Translations under genes and position numbers: made by a program
Shown: positions 23,004 to 35,221 of the stretch, in pieces
Numbering within the stretch: position 1 is the first letter of the stretch
Layout: each line of letters begins with the position of its first letter
The notes under the pieces: model-generated
What the model saw: only the letters and a program-made list of their open reading frames with translations
Told to the model about the DNA's origin: nothing
The model's database searches: none
Assembly (NCBI GenBank): GCA_964270895.1
Contig: OZ185435.1
Source of the DNA: Podarcis filfolensis
Taxonomy: Eukaryota
DNA length: 64,000 nt
Reading direction: 5' to 3' (one strand)

Positions 23004-26000
23004 AAATTAGACCGTGGTTTATAAGCACGTTCGCAAGTTAGGCAATTTCGGGGGAATCAGATTTGCTCCAATCATGGCTTGTCTCAGTGCAGATGTAACA
23101 TACAACCACAGCTAATGATGGGAAGTTGGTCCACAGAGGGAGGAGCGAGCGCAAGCTGTTCCCTAAGGTTAAGGGATCTATGGTATTACATCCTTACAGA
23201 GCCTTATAAAGACACCTGTCCCCTAGTTAAGTCACCATCAATGGGATGCCACAGTTTCTCACTAGGTGAAAGAACCATGGTGAGTTTGGGCTTGCAGATT
23301 CTCCTTTTCTACTCTGCCCTTGCACAGCTGCAAGGAGGCTAGAAGCACTCACTTTCACTTTTCAACAAATCACAGCTCCTTGCTGCATGCAAATGCTGGA
23401 GTTTGTTTAAACCAACTGTGATTTCAGATCCTGGTTCATTCTATCAAACCACAGTTCCACTGTAACAGGAAGCTGTGGTTTGTTTAAGACTGAAAACAAA
23501 GAGCAGGAAGGAATTTCTTCCTCACAGCAGCAAGAGAGAAAGAGGAAGGGGATGGGGGGGGGGTCTGCAAACCCAAAGCTCACACAGGTTCTGTTCACAG
23601 AGGGGGAAAGCATGGGCTCCCATTATGTACAAACCAGGCCCTATATGCAAAAGGAGATGAAGGCAAGATAGCGAAATCCATTTACTCTTGGATAAAAGCA
23701 GAAAAAACCCAACCCAAATAGCTCTGCATACACACATTTATGCTTTGGGAAGTGATGTTTTGGCAATAGTAAATGTCCCTAGAATGCTTGGACTCTTAGC
23801 ACAGTATTCAACTCAGGGAATACAAGGAACATTTTGTTCCTGAAACTACACCCGCCTGGACTCTCTCTGTTTCGGAGTTTCCTGCCAACTGTGACTGGTC
23901 CTGGTTTCTTTGACTGCTGGATATACAGCAAGCAGTTACATGTATCAGGACCGACACATTCCACTGGTGAAGATAGCTATCGTCATCTTCTGAAGGTTAA
24001 AAGGCAAACAGTGAGACTACATTGTAGTGTTTATCGTCATTTGCATCTTGTTCCTAGAATGCTGGCAAAATGGGAAATTGGAAGGATATCCAACTATGCT
24101 CCTGCTCTTTCCTATTGTGCCTGTAGGAATTGGTTTCTGAGCTCCTCAAGACTTGGGTTTTGCTGTGTGTGTGTGTGTGTATTCTGCAACATGTTCTTGA
24201 CACAAAATTAACGCACTAATGGTGGATTTATACTGGATCACCCACACATCATTCTGCTTTACTAGTTGTTCTGTGATGCTTCCCCAATCATAACACATTA
24301 TTGGTATCTGGAAAGGCTACAGTGCAACAAACGTGGAGACACCCTCCCCCCACAAAAAACCCTGAAAGTTTGTGGTATGAAAAGTTACGGGATTTCAACA
24401 AGAAGTTATAGGGTATGCATTAATTCGAAATGAAGCACTATGATCGCCCCAAAACTTGAAAGCAGGAGCACATATGACCACCCTAAAAGCATCATGAGCA
24501 CAAATCATCAGTAAAAAGCACCTTTAGAGGATGAGCCTCTGAGCAAATGATGTACTAATTTACTATAACATTGGTGGTTTCTATTTTCAGCTTTAAAATT
24601 TCCCTGCTTCTCAGATGGCAAAAACTAAAATACACGTGCTTAGGTAGCACAGGGTACAGCAGTCTGCAGTTCCCACTCTCTCTAGGGGCTCATCCACACT
24701 TTGCTCATCCTGTGCCTAGAATGCACAAGAGGTTTTCCATTTGCCCTGCTGCTTTCCCTGGGAAAACCTGCTCTTTACCACTGAATCAGAGCAATCTATC
24801 AATACAATACATGGAAAACCTAATTGACATTTGCTCCGATTCAGCAGGAGAGAGTGGGTGTCTCCAGGGGGAAGTGGTAGGACTAGATGAAGTCTGGATG
24901 AGCCCTAGTATTCAATAGCTTCTCTGTTTTCCTTTTACAAAAAAATGAAGCAGCAATCCTATGTCCACTTTCTTCCAAGAAAGCTCACCTACAGAGTGAG
25001 CCTTATTGCTGAGCAATTTAGGTCACTTCCTGTACTTTGTTTAGGAGACCCTTAAGGATCTGCAGTTTGCAGGATTAATTAGGGAGGGGCATGAATGTGG
25101 TATAAGGGCACTTTAAATGGATAGTGTTGATGAGCCCTTATTTCTAGAGGAGGGGAAACAGCAAAACTGACTTACTACAGATTTTATAGTGCCTCAGAGG
25201 CTGCTTCTCTTCCTCTTAAGCAAACTGACCTTAAGACATTATAAATGTACTAAAAAGGATATGAAAGACCAGCAACAGGTGACCTATGTCACTGATCAAC
25301 TGCTCGGACTCTGGGTGCTGCAAAAGGGACAGAAGCTAATTAAATGCATTAGCACGAGGCCAGAGGGATGAACTTGCTTGCAACACCAAAGCACTACTGG
25401 TTGCATAAGGCATTGGTGAATTTGTGGCTTATTCCAAAATGGACAGGTGCTCAACTGATACTTGACATTAATCAGCTGGTTTTGCAAAGGGGAGAAACAA
25501 ACAAACAAAACCGCAACCCACTCCTAGAAAGAGGATAGTACCCCTCACATTTGTTACTGTGTTGTAACTGTGACAGTCTGCTACTCGGCAGCGCAGTTCT
25601 TCATTTCTCATTCACGGTGGCTGCTGTGGTGGTGAAAAACAGGACTGCACACTTCTTGTCCTTATCTTTGCAGCACACCTTGCGACACATTTTCCCTGTA
25701 CTTATTTATCATGTGCCTGGCCACGGCAGCCTGAATTCTTGCCTCCCTCAGTCACCCCAAAGCCTCCTGATGTCTTAAGCAATTCCATGTACTCCTCTTG
25801 CTGCCTGTTGTGCCTGGGAACTCACCCACAGAACACTTAAATGGGGGACCAGCACCCCTCCAGATGTTCCTAGAACTCTCATCATCCTTGGTGATGCTGG
25901 ATGAGGGCCCACCGACATCTGGAGGACTGACTTAAACCCTTGCCCTCTCTTCCCGCAGACCTCACCTCAACACTCACCTTTACCCTAAAGCAAATGGGTT

Positions 26001-26061
26001 AACCCAAAGGTTGCAATCCCTTGCTGAAATGAAACACAAGCACTGAGCTTGCGGCAAGGGA

Positions 26062-26345
26062 GAGGCCATATCTAGGGCACCCTGCTTTACATGCAGAAGG
26101 TCCACAATTCAATCCTGCCAGCAAGTGATGGGAAATATTCTGGACAGGTGGTGACTACTGAGTTGGATGGGAAAAGAGCTTGATTTGGCCTAAGGCAGCT
26201 TGCTGTGTTCTTATAAATCAAGGCTAGCCAACCTGTTGCTCTCCAGATATTGTGGACTACAACTCCCATCAGCCCCTGCCAGCACAGCCAATGGTGAAGG
26301 ATGACTGGAGTTGTAGTCCACAGCATCTGGAGGACCAGCTGGGTA
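26062..26345 (+). mobile_element. Degenerate Squam3-like SINE followed by a palindromic hAT-like MITE
   Basis: SINE 26062-26213 (catgcagaaggtccacaattcaatcc...aaggcagcttgctgtgttctta). MITE 26225-26345 (ccagatattgtggactacaactcccatc...gagttgtagtccacagcatctgg). Confidence 0.65.
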
Positions 26346-27320
26346 TCCCTGTGGCCAATCACATTCCACATGAAACTTCTCATTTGTTGAAGTTATTAGG
26401 TACCCCACTGTGGCAGGTTAGATAGGGGCTGAGGTTATTATTATTATTATAATTTTCCAAGGCTGCCTACCTAGTGCCTGGTTTAAGAAGTTTAGGCTGT
26501 GAAATGCTAAACACTCTTGCCTGGGAATAAGCCTCATTGATCTCAATGGGATTTGCTTCCCATGTGCTGGTTTGCTCTGTTAGGCTCCAAACAGACTTTG
26601 CCCCATCTTAAAATGATTAAGAAATCTCGTGCTCCTGCAGTTAATGTTTCATTACTCTAACTGCTGCTTGTTTCTAAAGAACGTAGTTTATGTTGTTTTT
26701 CCCCCAGACTTATTGAAGCATTGCAAGTCACCTTGAAAATACTTGTTTACGAAGGTGATACAATAACTGCATATAATTGCACTTGCTTGCTTTCACACAG
26801 AGTGGCCACTTACATAGGAATATAGTTTGCTGTGACATGTGAATCGGCTGGAAACAGATAAGCACCTTTGCAGCACAATGGCAGGGTTCCTTTACATTGT
26901 GACTGTTTGGTCACCTGTTTTACCAAACGTGTCCTTAAATGTTTTCTGCCACATGTTCCAAAAGTCACCCTGCATGAGAATTTTGACAAGTGGTACTAAG
27001 GCTCCCCCATATTTTCCCATGCGAACTGATAGCTTGTATGTCAATAATCTCTGTTCGGTGACACTGTGCAATGAAAGAATTCTTTTATGCACAGCAAGAT
27101 CAGAATCAATCATCTGGTTCCCTAAACAAAGAACCAGGAAATAGTGGCAAAATGCACAAAGCAATGCACAAAGGAATAGAAAGAACTAAAATATCCACTT
27201 AGTAGCAACACTAACAATCTGTGTATATACAGTTGGAGCAACAACAAGCACTGAATAATACAAAACCAGTCACAGGGTTCATCCAAACTTACCTTTTGCT
27301 CTGCTGTTTCTAGGCACAGG

Positions 27321-27501
27321 GAGGCGGAGCTTCATGCTCCGGCACGGGGGGGGGGGAGATCAGGTGGGGCGGGGCTAGTGTGCATCCTGGGGGCGTGGCA
27401 CGCAGCCTGCGGGGGCATGGCACCCAGTGCGGGCGGGGGGCAGCCGCGATGGCACCCCACCGGGATCACGCTGCCGGGGGCGGTGTACTCCTCCCCCACT
27501 G
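27321..27501. mobile_element. GC-rich hAT-type MITE
   Basis: Flanked by the 8-bp direct repeat GGCACAGG (27313-27320 and 27502-27509); right end CCACTG; left end GAGGCGGAGC (terminal CA apparently lost); about 15 CpGs in 180 bp. Confidence 0.7.
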
Positions 27502-29141
27502 GGCACAGGTTTGTGCTTTAAAGATTGGAGCACTCTTTTTTTTTCTTTCTTTTTTGCCCTCTGGCTTTCCTCAGGAGAACCCACTCTTTAACAGAACAAA
27601 CGGCAATTTGTGTTTTCTGTGGATTGGCATTTGCTCTGATTCAGTGATAAAGAGCAGGCTTTAGTGAGGAAAGTATCGGGCCAAAAAAGAAAAAGAAACA
27701 CTTAAGTCACAGAATTTTAGTTTAAAGCATGGACCTGTGCCTAGAGTCGCGGCATAAAATAAAGTCTGGATGAGCCCAAAGTCACCTGCATTGTAGCACT
27801 TAAACTTAAAGAAAGGGACAAACTTTTCTACATGACAGGCTTGTTGTTTGTACTCGTGCTATAGCTACTGTTAACTGTGGCCGACCTTCAAACTAGAAGA
27901 AGATATGACTTAAAGAAGATGATGTGCACGGGCATGAAGAGAGGCGTTCTTGCAACTGTGGAACTCCCCTCCACTTAAAAACTGTAGAGGTTCAGAAGAG
28001 TGGAACAAGAAATTTCTCTGTTTGGGCTAGTCAACAGTCAGTTTAAAGAGGTGAAGGCTCATTTTCATTTCCTTGGGTATTTTTGTTTTTGTTGGCTTGG
28101 GTCCAAGGCACCGTGGAGTAAGTCCCATAAGCCCCAAGAAGACTTAGATTTTGTTTTTCTTGAACAGCAAAGCCACCTGGCACCTGCTTTGATGCTGCAT
28201 GGGAAATTAATGTTAAAACTAAGGGGCATTCCAAAAATAATTTTCAATACAGTGTGTTAAAAGAAGGTGGGGGGAAGCAAAAGGTCTAATGGAATAGAAC
28301 AATGTGTAGTCCTCAGATCGCCTCCTGTCTTTTGCCTCTCCTTTTTAAAATACACACACACAAGAGAGGGGGGGATTGTGTTGTGTTTGCAGTTTAGGGG
28401 ATGGCCTGTTTGGGAGCTGGTTTTCTTTTTTGGTGGCTCTGAGCATCGACCATTTTTCTTCTGTGAAACAGGTATTACGGGGTGCCCATGAAGGAGTCTT
28501 AAAATTTCAAATGTACCCTCAAACATCTTGATTAGGGACCCCTGAAATTAGAATAAACTCTTTGGGAGAACCTAAGCAGTTTTGTTTTGTGTGCTCTGTT
28601 TTACATTTGACTGTTCTCGCTCACTCCAAGGCCTTGCTAAGAAACACAATACGGTACAACTGAACAGTTGAGCGGAGCAGCTTCCCAAAGTAGAGATGTA
28701 TAAATGCTCTCCTACTCGTAGAGCATCCCTCTAGCAAGTGTTAACAAACACCAGCCCTCCACCTGAATGTGGAGCTGGGGTAGGGGATTATCTCTACAGT
28801 TGATCTGTGCTTTGGAGGCATTCCAAGCCCCTCCAAAGTTCAGTGTGACATCAGTACCAAGAAATGGCATTAAAAAGGCCAGCCAACATTTACGAACCTC
28901 TAATAAAAGTTCAAGAGAAGTTTACTCACAGGTTTATAGAAACAGAAAACTAATCACTGGTTATTTGAGAGGCTTTCTTCACAACAAAAATGTTTACATA
29001 AAAAAAAAATTACCTTCACAACAAAAATGTACTACATATGCACTGAAAATACAAATATCAGATTACAGGAGGGGAGCATTTTGTCTCCCTGCTCTTCATC
29101 TGGACTCCAGTAAAAATAAGCATTCCTATAAGCCCCATTAC

Positions 29142-29215
29142 CTTATTAATAGAGTTTGGTGTTGGAGGAATCTCATCCTTCATCATGGGCAAGCTGTTTC
29201 CTTCCATATCCTTCC
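29142..29215 (-). CDS. OSBPL5: OSBPL5 coding exon 2 (74 nt)
   Basis: Acceptor ttttgtttcag|GG; (G)KDMEGNSLPMMKDEIPPTPNSINK resembles human GKDMEPNGPSLPRDEGPPTPSSATK; donor AAG|gtaatg; phase 1 to phase 0. Confidence 0.9.
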
Positions 29216-29430
29216 CTGAAACAAAATGACAAAAGTAAAACACTGAGGAGCTCTGTGGCAAACCACGATCCTGAGAAAGGACTTCATTTCTAAAGGAAAC
29301 AGAAATGGCCACACACGCCCTGCCCCCAAAAGGAGCTGCTGTAGGATTAATTGCAGGAATATGTATAGTATTTTAATATGACCAAGATCCAGCCCAATAG
29401 CAGGATATAGAGAAGCCACCACACAGTGAA

Positions 29431-29525
29431 GAATGCAATCCGAACTCCACCTACCTGGGAGTAAGCCCCGCTGAATTCAGTAGGGCTTACTTCTGAGTAG
29501 GCATAGTTAGGAGACTGTGCTGTAA
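29431..29525. repeat. Short dispersed palindromic repeat (example copy; others near 11350, 14875, 26500, 30330, 30790, 32165, 46825, 58410, 58565)
   Basis: Core GTAAGCCC-n14-GGGCTTAC inside ...gcaatcc...aggattgc-like outer arms; recurs in degenerate form. Confidence 0.7.
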
Positions 29526-29576
29526 GCTGCCAATATCTGTTCAAAATAGCAACAAAGGTCAAATGCAATTTCTATA

Positions 29577-29830
29577 CAGTGGTACCTCGGGATGCGAACG
29601 GGATCTGTTCCGGAGCCCCATTCGCATCCTGAATGGAACGTAAGACGTGATGGCACGTCTGCGCGGGTCGCGTTTTGCCGCTTCTGCGCATGCGCGTGAT
29701 GTCATTTTCAGTGTCTGCACATGCGCGAGCGGTGAAACCTGGAAGTAACGTGTTCTGTTACTTCCGGGTTGCCGCAGAGCGCAACCCGAAAGCACTCAAC
29801 CTGAAGCACATTCAACCCGAGGTATGACTG
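29577..29830. mobile_element. Tc1/mariner (pogo/Tigger-like) MITE, CpG-rich subfamily
   Basis: TA|CAGTGGTACCTCGGG ... CCCGAGGTATGACTG|TA. Confidence 0.85.
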
Positions 29831-31559
29831 TACATGATTTGGAACATGGAATATTTTTTGCCATTCACTGATTTTTGGCCAAGGCCTTGTTCACACATGC
29901 CTTTGTGTTCATTCTCTGCACTAGCTGACTATGAGAGCATGCACCACTGAAAAGTGTGACACTTGAGACAACTGGAACAGACAGGGAAGTTCTACCTGTG
30001 GAATTAATGTCCATTCACACATGCATTTTATCACTTAATTTGCAGTCAATTAGGGGATGAACAGGCATGTGTGTGTAAAACTGCTCCAATCCTATGAAGA
30101 CTTGCTTCTGCGGCAGGAGTCACATTTTATTTACCCTTCCTTGGCATTCCTCGAAGGACATAATGCTCTCTGCCTCTCTCACTGATCTGCCCAGCTTCAT
30201 GCCAAGAATAAAAATCAGCTCTGACTTTCAGGCTACCTTTATTAAAGAGGAAAGTCTAATCTGCCTTGTTTCATGATTTGAGAGTCCTGTTATGAGAAAG
30301 ACTTTACATTCTCTGCCTTAGGCTGAGATCCTGGGCAAACACAGTTAAGTTCCACTGAGGTCAATGGAGCTACTGGCAAGCAAATATTAGGATTAGGGCT
30401 ACCCTCACACTGCCACACTCATCCATGTCTTGATTCTAGGTATTTGTACAATGGTGTTTACATGGGTGAACTATTACTGAATGAATTTCTCATCCTTGCC
30501 TTGCATATTCATTTTGCTGAGAGAGAACATATGGCCCAGGCTGCCAATTAATTTTAATGGGAATCACAAGACTGATTCATGGCTCACAGATATGCAGATT
30601 TACTCCTTTGACAGTTTAAAATAAGTCACACCGTGCCCTGATTATTGATTCACACCTTAAGAAGAGAAAGTACTGACATCTCACACATACACACAAATTC
30701 TTCCCCCAGCTTTGTGAATCAGTTCTCCCACAACACTTGGCATTTCAACAATATTTTCCCTGTGCCTTTTCATTTTCCCTACAGACACTCGAATCCAAAA
30801 CACATTTACCTGGGAAGTAAGTCCAAAATTTTTCGTATAGGATTTACAGTCAAGGGTGTATGCACTGGACTGCAGCCTAAACATCACTTAGCAGCACATG
30901 TCTTAATACCTTTGTGGATCTGCATTTAACCTAAAGGTTATACAATTGCCATGCGCTCTGTATTGATTGAACTGGCTTTGGTTATGCTTCCACTTTAAAT
31001 GCTTCTGTAGCTCCCTCAAAACTCACCCTTTGTTATCTCAGAAGAAAAGGAATGCCTGCTTAAACAAACGCAAAAGAAAATGGTTTCCATTTTCCTTAAC
31101 ATTGCTGTGGCTTAGAAAAACAAATGGCAAATTAAGCCCAAGAATCCACCACAAAATCACACGTGTACTACACGTGCTGATATGCAACACAGAAAAGGGA
31201 AAACCCAAGCTACCTTGAACAAGGCAAAACAGAAGTTCTCAATAGTTGCCTTCAGAGCCCCAGTTCATCCTGACTGGAATTTAAAGGGGCAGATACAAAG
31301 GGTGTGTGCGAATATGCTAGACAGACTTTCCAGAGAACCACAGCTCCCAAACCATATGGTTTTCACATAGAGGGGACATTTTGGGACGTCATTAAAATCA
31401 CAGATGTGTCCCAGTGTTCTCCTGTGTGATAATACATTACCAGTGCTACGTCAATAGCAGCTATGTCTTTTACTTGCTGCCGGTCACTGAATTTTCTCCT
31501 TCCTTTTGCTTCTTGCTTAATGCTTGATCTTTTTATTATGTTTTTAGACATGCTCTTAG

Positions 31560-31615
31560 CAGTCCAGAGTAGCTGGGGAAACCCAGCCAGATGGGTGGGG
31601 TATAAATAAAAAAAA
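31560..31615 (+). mobile_element. L2-type 3' terminal fragment
   Basis: ccagagtagctggggaaacccagccagatgggtggggtataaataa is nearly identical to the tail of the L2 copy at 53286-53330. Confidence 0.8.
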
Positions 31616-31631
31616 GCATTATTATTAAATA

Positions 31632-31898
31632 CAGTCATACCTTGGAAGTCGAATGGAATCCGTTCCAAAAGTCTGTTCGACTTCCAAAACGTTTGTAAAC
31701 CAAAGTGCGGCATCTGATTGGCTGCAGGAAGCTCATGCAGCCAATCGGAAGCTGCAGAACCCGTGTCAGATGTTCAGGTTCCAAAATAACATTCGAAAAC
31801 CGGAACACTCACTTCTGGGTTTCAATCGTTCAGGAGCCAATTTGTTTGGGAGTCAATTTATTCGGAAGCCAAGGCGTTTGAGATCCAAAATACAACTG
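31632..31898. mobile_element. Tc1/mariner-type MITE (CAGTCATACC subfamily)
   Basis: TA|CAGTCATACCTTGG ... AATACAACTG|TA; related to 35222-35422. Confidence 0.8.
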
Positions 31899-33220
31899 TA
31901 ATATTACTATTATTAATTTATTTATTTATTGGGTCAGTTTAATTCTTCGCTGCTAAGTAATAATCTTGGCTGATCACTAGTGAAGCATTATTTTCCTTAG
32001 ATTGTTGGTTTACATTTGCTTTATTTTCACAAAATGAATTGGTTGTCTCCCCGCTCCCAATATTCTACTAGTTATAATACCTAGAATAACTAAGGGAGGG
32101 GGGTCAGAAAGAGGATACGGAGCCCACGATTATCAGTGAATCTAATATTCAGTTTTAAAGTGCAAGCCTAATCATGTCTACTCAGAAGTAAATCCCATTG
32201 AAGCCAATGTGGCTTACTACCAGGTAAGTGGAGTGAGGATTGGAGCCTCACTACCTTTTACTCCCTCAGTATAGACTTATGGCTACAGACTTATTCTGGA
32301 AGGAAGGCTGACCCAGTAGGTTAAGTGCGAGAATGGCCAATAAAACTGCTGCAAGAAATGAAGATGGAATGGAATAAGAGAGCATAACCTTCAGCACCAC
32401 ATCTCTGTGCCAGACAAACCAATGCCTGTTGACTTTATGTGTATCATATAACTAAGAAGCAAACAGAACTTATGTCAGAGGAAAAAAGGAGGGCTACTAT
32501 ACTTGCTCGCTATGGTGTGGATGAGCTTGCATCAAAGAAAGTATTGCCCACACTTTCCAGTGTATTTTTTTGTTGCTTTCCTTACTGCAAAAAGTCCAGT
32601 TCGGGGTGGGGGTGGGGAGTGAGTTTGTTGGGCAAAACCTTCCAATCAACTTTTATAGTGCAACTTGAATTTGCGGGCATGTGACTGAATTCCACCCCAA
32701 AATAACGAAAGTCTGGAAAGGCCCTGAGTGAGATACGTGATACTGCTCCTTCAATGAAATGTGTTGCCTTTTAAGGATTTCTACGTTTTGCTTTGACACT
32801 ATCCTGCTGCTGCTTGCTATATATTTGAGACTGCTGTCACTTTATTGTTTATTTTTTATGCTTTTAAGTTCATACAGTGCAACACTTTGCACGGTCTTCT
32901 CTCAGAAAAGCTGTAGATCAATCATCGCTTTAATAGCAAATGCAGCTGGGTTGAGCCCTTATCGGTTTGGAAATGAAACAGGATCACTGAGAAAATAAGA
33001 CAGCAGCTTCAAAAGACCCTGAAGACTCCCTAAGTACATAGCAGTATGTAAGTTTGTAAATTAAAATAAAAGGTGTTTTTTTTTAAGGGCTGCCAATGAA
33101 GGGCTTGTGAGTTTCTAAAACGTGTGGAATGTTTAGGCAATCAGTTGGCAGGTGAGGAAACTGAAGTTGTAGAGAGGAGAAAGAAATTGTTCTGCTCATG
33201 TCTCTTAACAATATAAAGTA

Positions 33221-33462
33221 CAGTGGTACCTCGGGTTACATATGCTTCAGGTTACAGACGCTTCAGGTTACAGACTCCGCTAACCCAGAAATAGTGCTTC
33301 AGGTTAAGAACTTTGCTTCAGGATGAGAACAGAAATTGTGCTCCGGCGGCGCGGCAGCAGCGGGAGGCCCCATTAGCTAAAGTGGTGCTTCAGGTTAAGA
33401 ACAATTTCAGGTTAAGAACGGACCTCCAGAACGCATTAAGTACTTAACCCGAGGTACCACTG
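33221..33462. mobile_element. Tc1/mariner-type MITE (CAGTGGTACCTC subfamily)
   Basis: TA|CAGTGGTACCTCGGGTTA ... TAACCCGAGGTACCACTG|TA; interior shared with 48213-48438 in opposite orientation. Confidence 0.92.
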
Positions 33463-33940
33463 TATAGTTAATACCCTGGAATGAGAGGTGGGGAGGGGGA
33501 TATGTGTGGTGATTTTTATTTTTTTAAAAAAACACCTTTCACTATTAAATAATGTTTTAGGAAGGAAAGAAAGATGCACCCATATTCTACAGCACTCTCC
33601 TGCACATAACTGCTTGCATTCTAACGCTACCTAGCTATAAAATGCTCAGCAGGAGTAGAGGCCAGGATGAAAACTGAGTGATATAGCACAGTGGGGGAAG
33701 ACTTCGGTTGGGAATAGGAGAAGATAAAAAGTGTCAATTGCCTTCTCCACTACCCCTTCCCCAAGCTAAACAGCATTGTAAGGTTTCTGTTCCAGACTGG
33801 CTGAAAGCCCTGGACAACAGGAGGGGTGTGTGTGGGTGTGGGTGTGTGTAGATGCAGCAAAACTCTGTGCATCTGGCATGCTTTTTAAAAGCTGAATTTT
33901 ACAATGATAACAAAACACGTATCCCAAATATAAAATAGCT

Positions 33941-33968
33941 ACACACACACACACACACACACACACAC
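33941..33968. repeat. (AC)14 microsatellite
   Basis: Read directly. Confidence 0.95.
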
Positions 33969-34781
33969 TATTCTGAGCTAATATGATACAATATTCTGAA
34001 CTAAACCCAGAAAATACATGAAATCAGTTACAGTGAGCCTGTTGTGGACTGTCAATAACATCATTATTAGGGACATGGTACTAAACTTTGATGCTTTTCT
34101 TTTCCTTCTCATAGAACTCAAATACCTTGAAAAGGAAGAAAATTGTGCCACGCTGCCAGAAGTGAATTATTTCTACCCTAGTTCCACATCACCTTGAGAA
34201 ATTGCTTGCCAGTTTCTCAACTAATGTTATCTCCCACATCTTTGGGTACCAGGAGTCAATAGCTACTCCTTACCAGGCCACTAACACTCTGGCTGCTGAT
34301 TCACCAAGAGCTTGTCAGATCCCTACTTTCAGATCTCCTGCCCTAGAAATACTGTAAATTCAAAAGAGCAAAGTGGAGAGGGTTGCACAGTATATTTTCA
34401 AATTATTATTATTTTTATACCCTACCCATCTGGCTAGGCTCATTAAGTTAAAAACCCAATTCCAAAACTCCTGAACTCTGTGGTACCCCACCAAATAGGA
34501 AGATAACTTTTGAAGAACCCAACACCCCCTCCAACACATTGGAGAGGATCTAAGGCTGTTATAAGATAGCTGCCATGGAGTAAGATATGGTTTGCGAAAG
34601 GGCTTTTATGAAATTGATTTGAAAGGAGTTTTCTCCCAAAGTTAAGTTCCACTGTCCATCATCAACCCAAAGAGGATCTCTGGGGTGGGTCCTCTGAGGG
34701 GTGTGTATTCTGGCACCATTTTGTCTGGGGGGAAAAGAACTGCATACAGCATGTTATAAATCCCACTGAGCAAACACTGAC

Positions 34782-34917
34782 CTGGGCTGATTGGGTAGAT
34801 CTCATTATCGGTCCCAAAAAACAGGTTCCGGGTCAGCTTGTGAGGATCTATTTTCTGAGGAGTGGATGAGGCAGGGCAGAGCGAGAACCTGCGCCGAAGA
34901 AAATTCTCTTCCTTCAT
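34782..34917 (-). CDS. OSBPL5: OSBPL5 first coding exon, coding part (136 nt; exon starts at 34938 with 21 nt of 5'UTR)
   Basis: Acceptor ttcctttcag|aaaacc; gccATG at 34917; encodes MKEENFLRRRFSLCPASSTPQKIDPHKLTRNLFFGTDNEIYPISP+G; donor AG|gtcagt; ends in phase 1. Confidence 0.95.
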
Positions 34918-35221
34918 GGCATGAGCAGTAGGGGTTTTCTGAAAGGAACAGACCAAAATAACAACAGTGTCAAGTCACAGAATATTTAAACAGTACACTC
35001 AGATAAAAAAATTAAAAGGCCCTTTTTTGCTATTTTGAATCTGCCTATTCTTAAACTGTGTACTGGTTATCTGTCCCCCGCCCCCCGCCACACACAAACA
35101 CACCCACCCACCCCAATTTTACATGTTATTGTTGGAAGCTTGCTAGCTCTGGTAAGTGGGGGGGGGGAACTTAAAATGTTATTTTTCTACATTGTGCTGG
35201 TGTAATATTTATTCTTCAATA

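Larger units (their letters stand above)
1168..34938 (-). other. OSBPL5: Span of the recovered OSBPL5 exons (partial gene: first non-coding exon and ORD-encoding 3' exons are not in the recovered set)
   Basis: Eight exons splice in frame into MKEENFLRRRFSLCPASSTPQKIDPHKLTRNL...PH domain...LENDAFSDKSE...EEFGE (357 aa), recognisably ORP5. The N-terminus MKEE.FLRRRFSLCP distinguishes it from ORP8. Recognition is from recalled sequence, not a search. Confidence 0.96.

Noticed and set aside
27300-27510. CpG-rich patch as a native CpG-island promoter
   Set aside because: It is bounded by an 8-bp direct repeat and TIR-like ends, so it is better explained as a MITE. It is kept only as a TE-derived candidate.
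27780-27900. Possible cassette exon (pyrimidine tract + AG near 27895, GT near 27785, minus strand)
   Set aside because: Stop codons in all frames tested and no ORP5 similarity.
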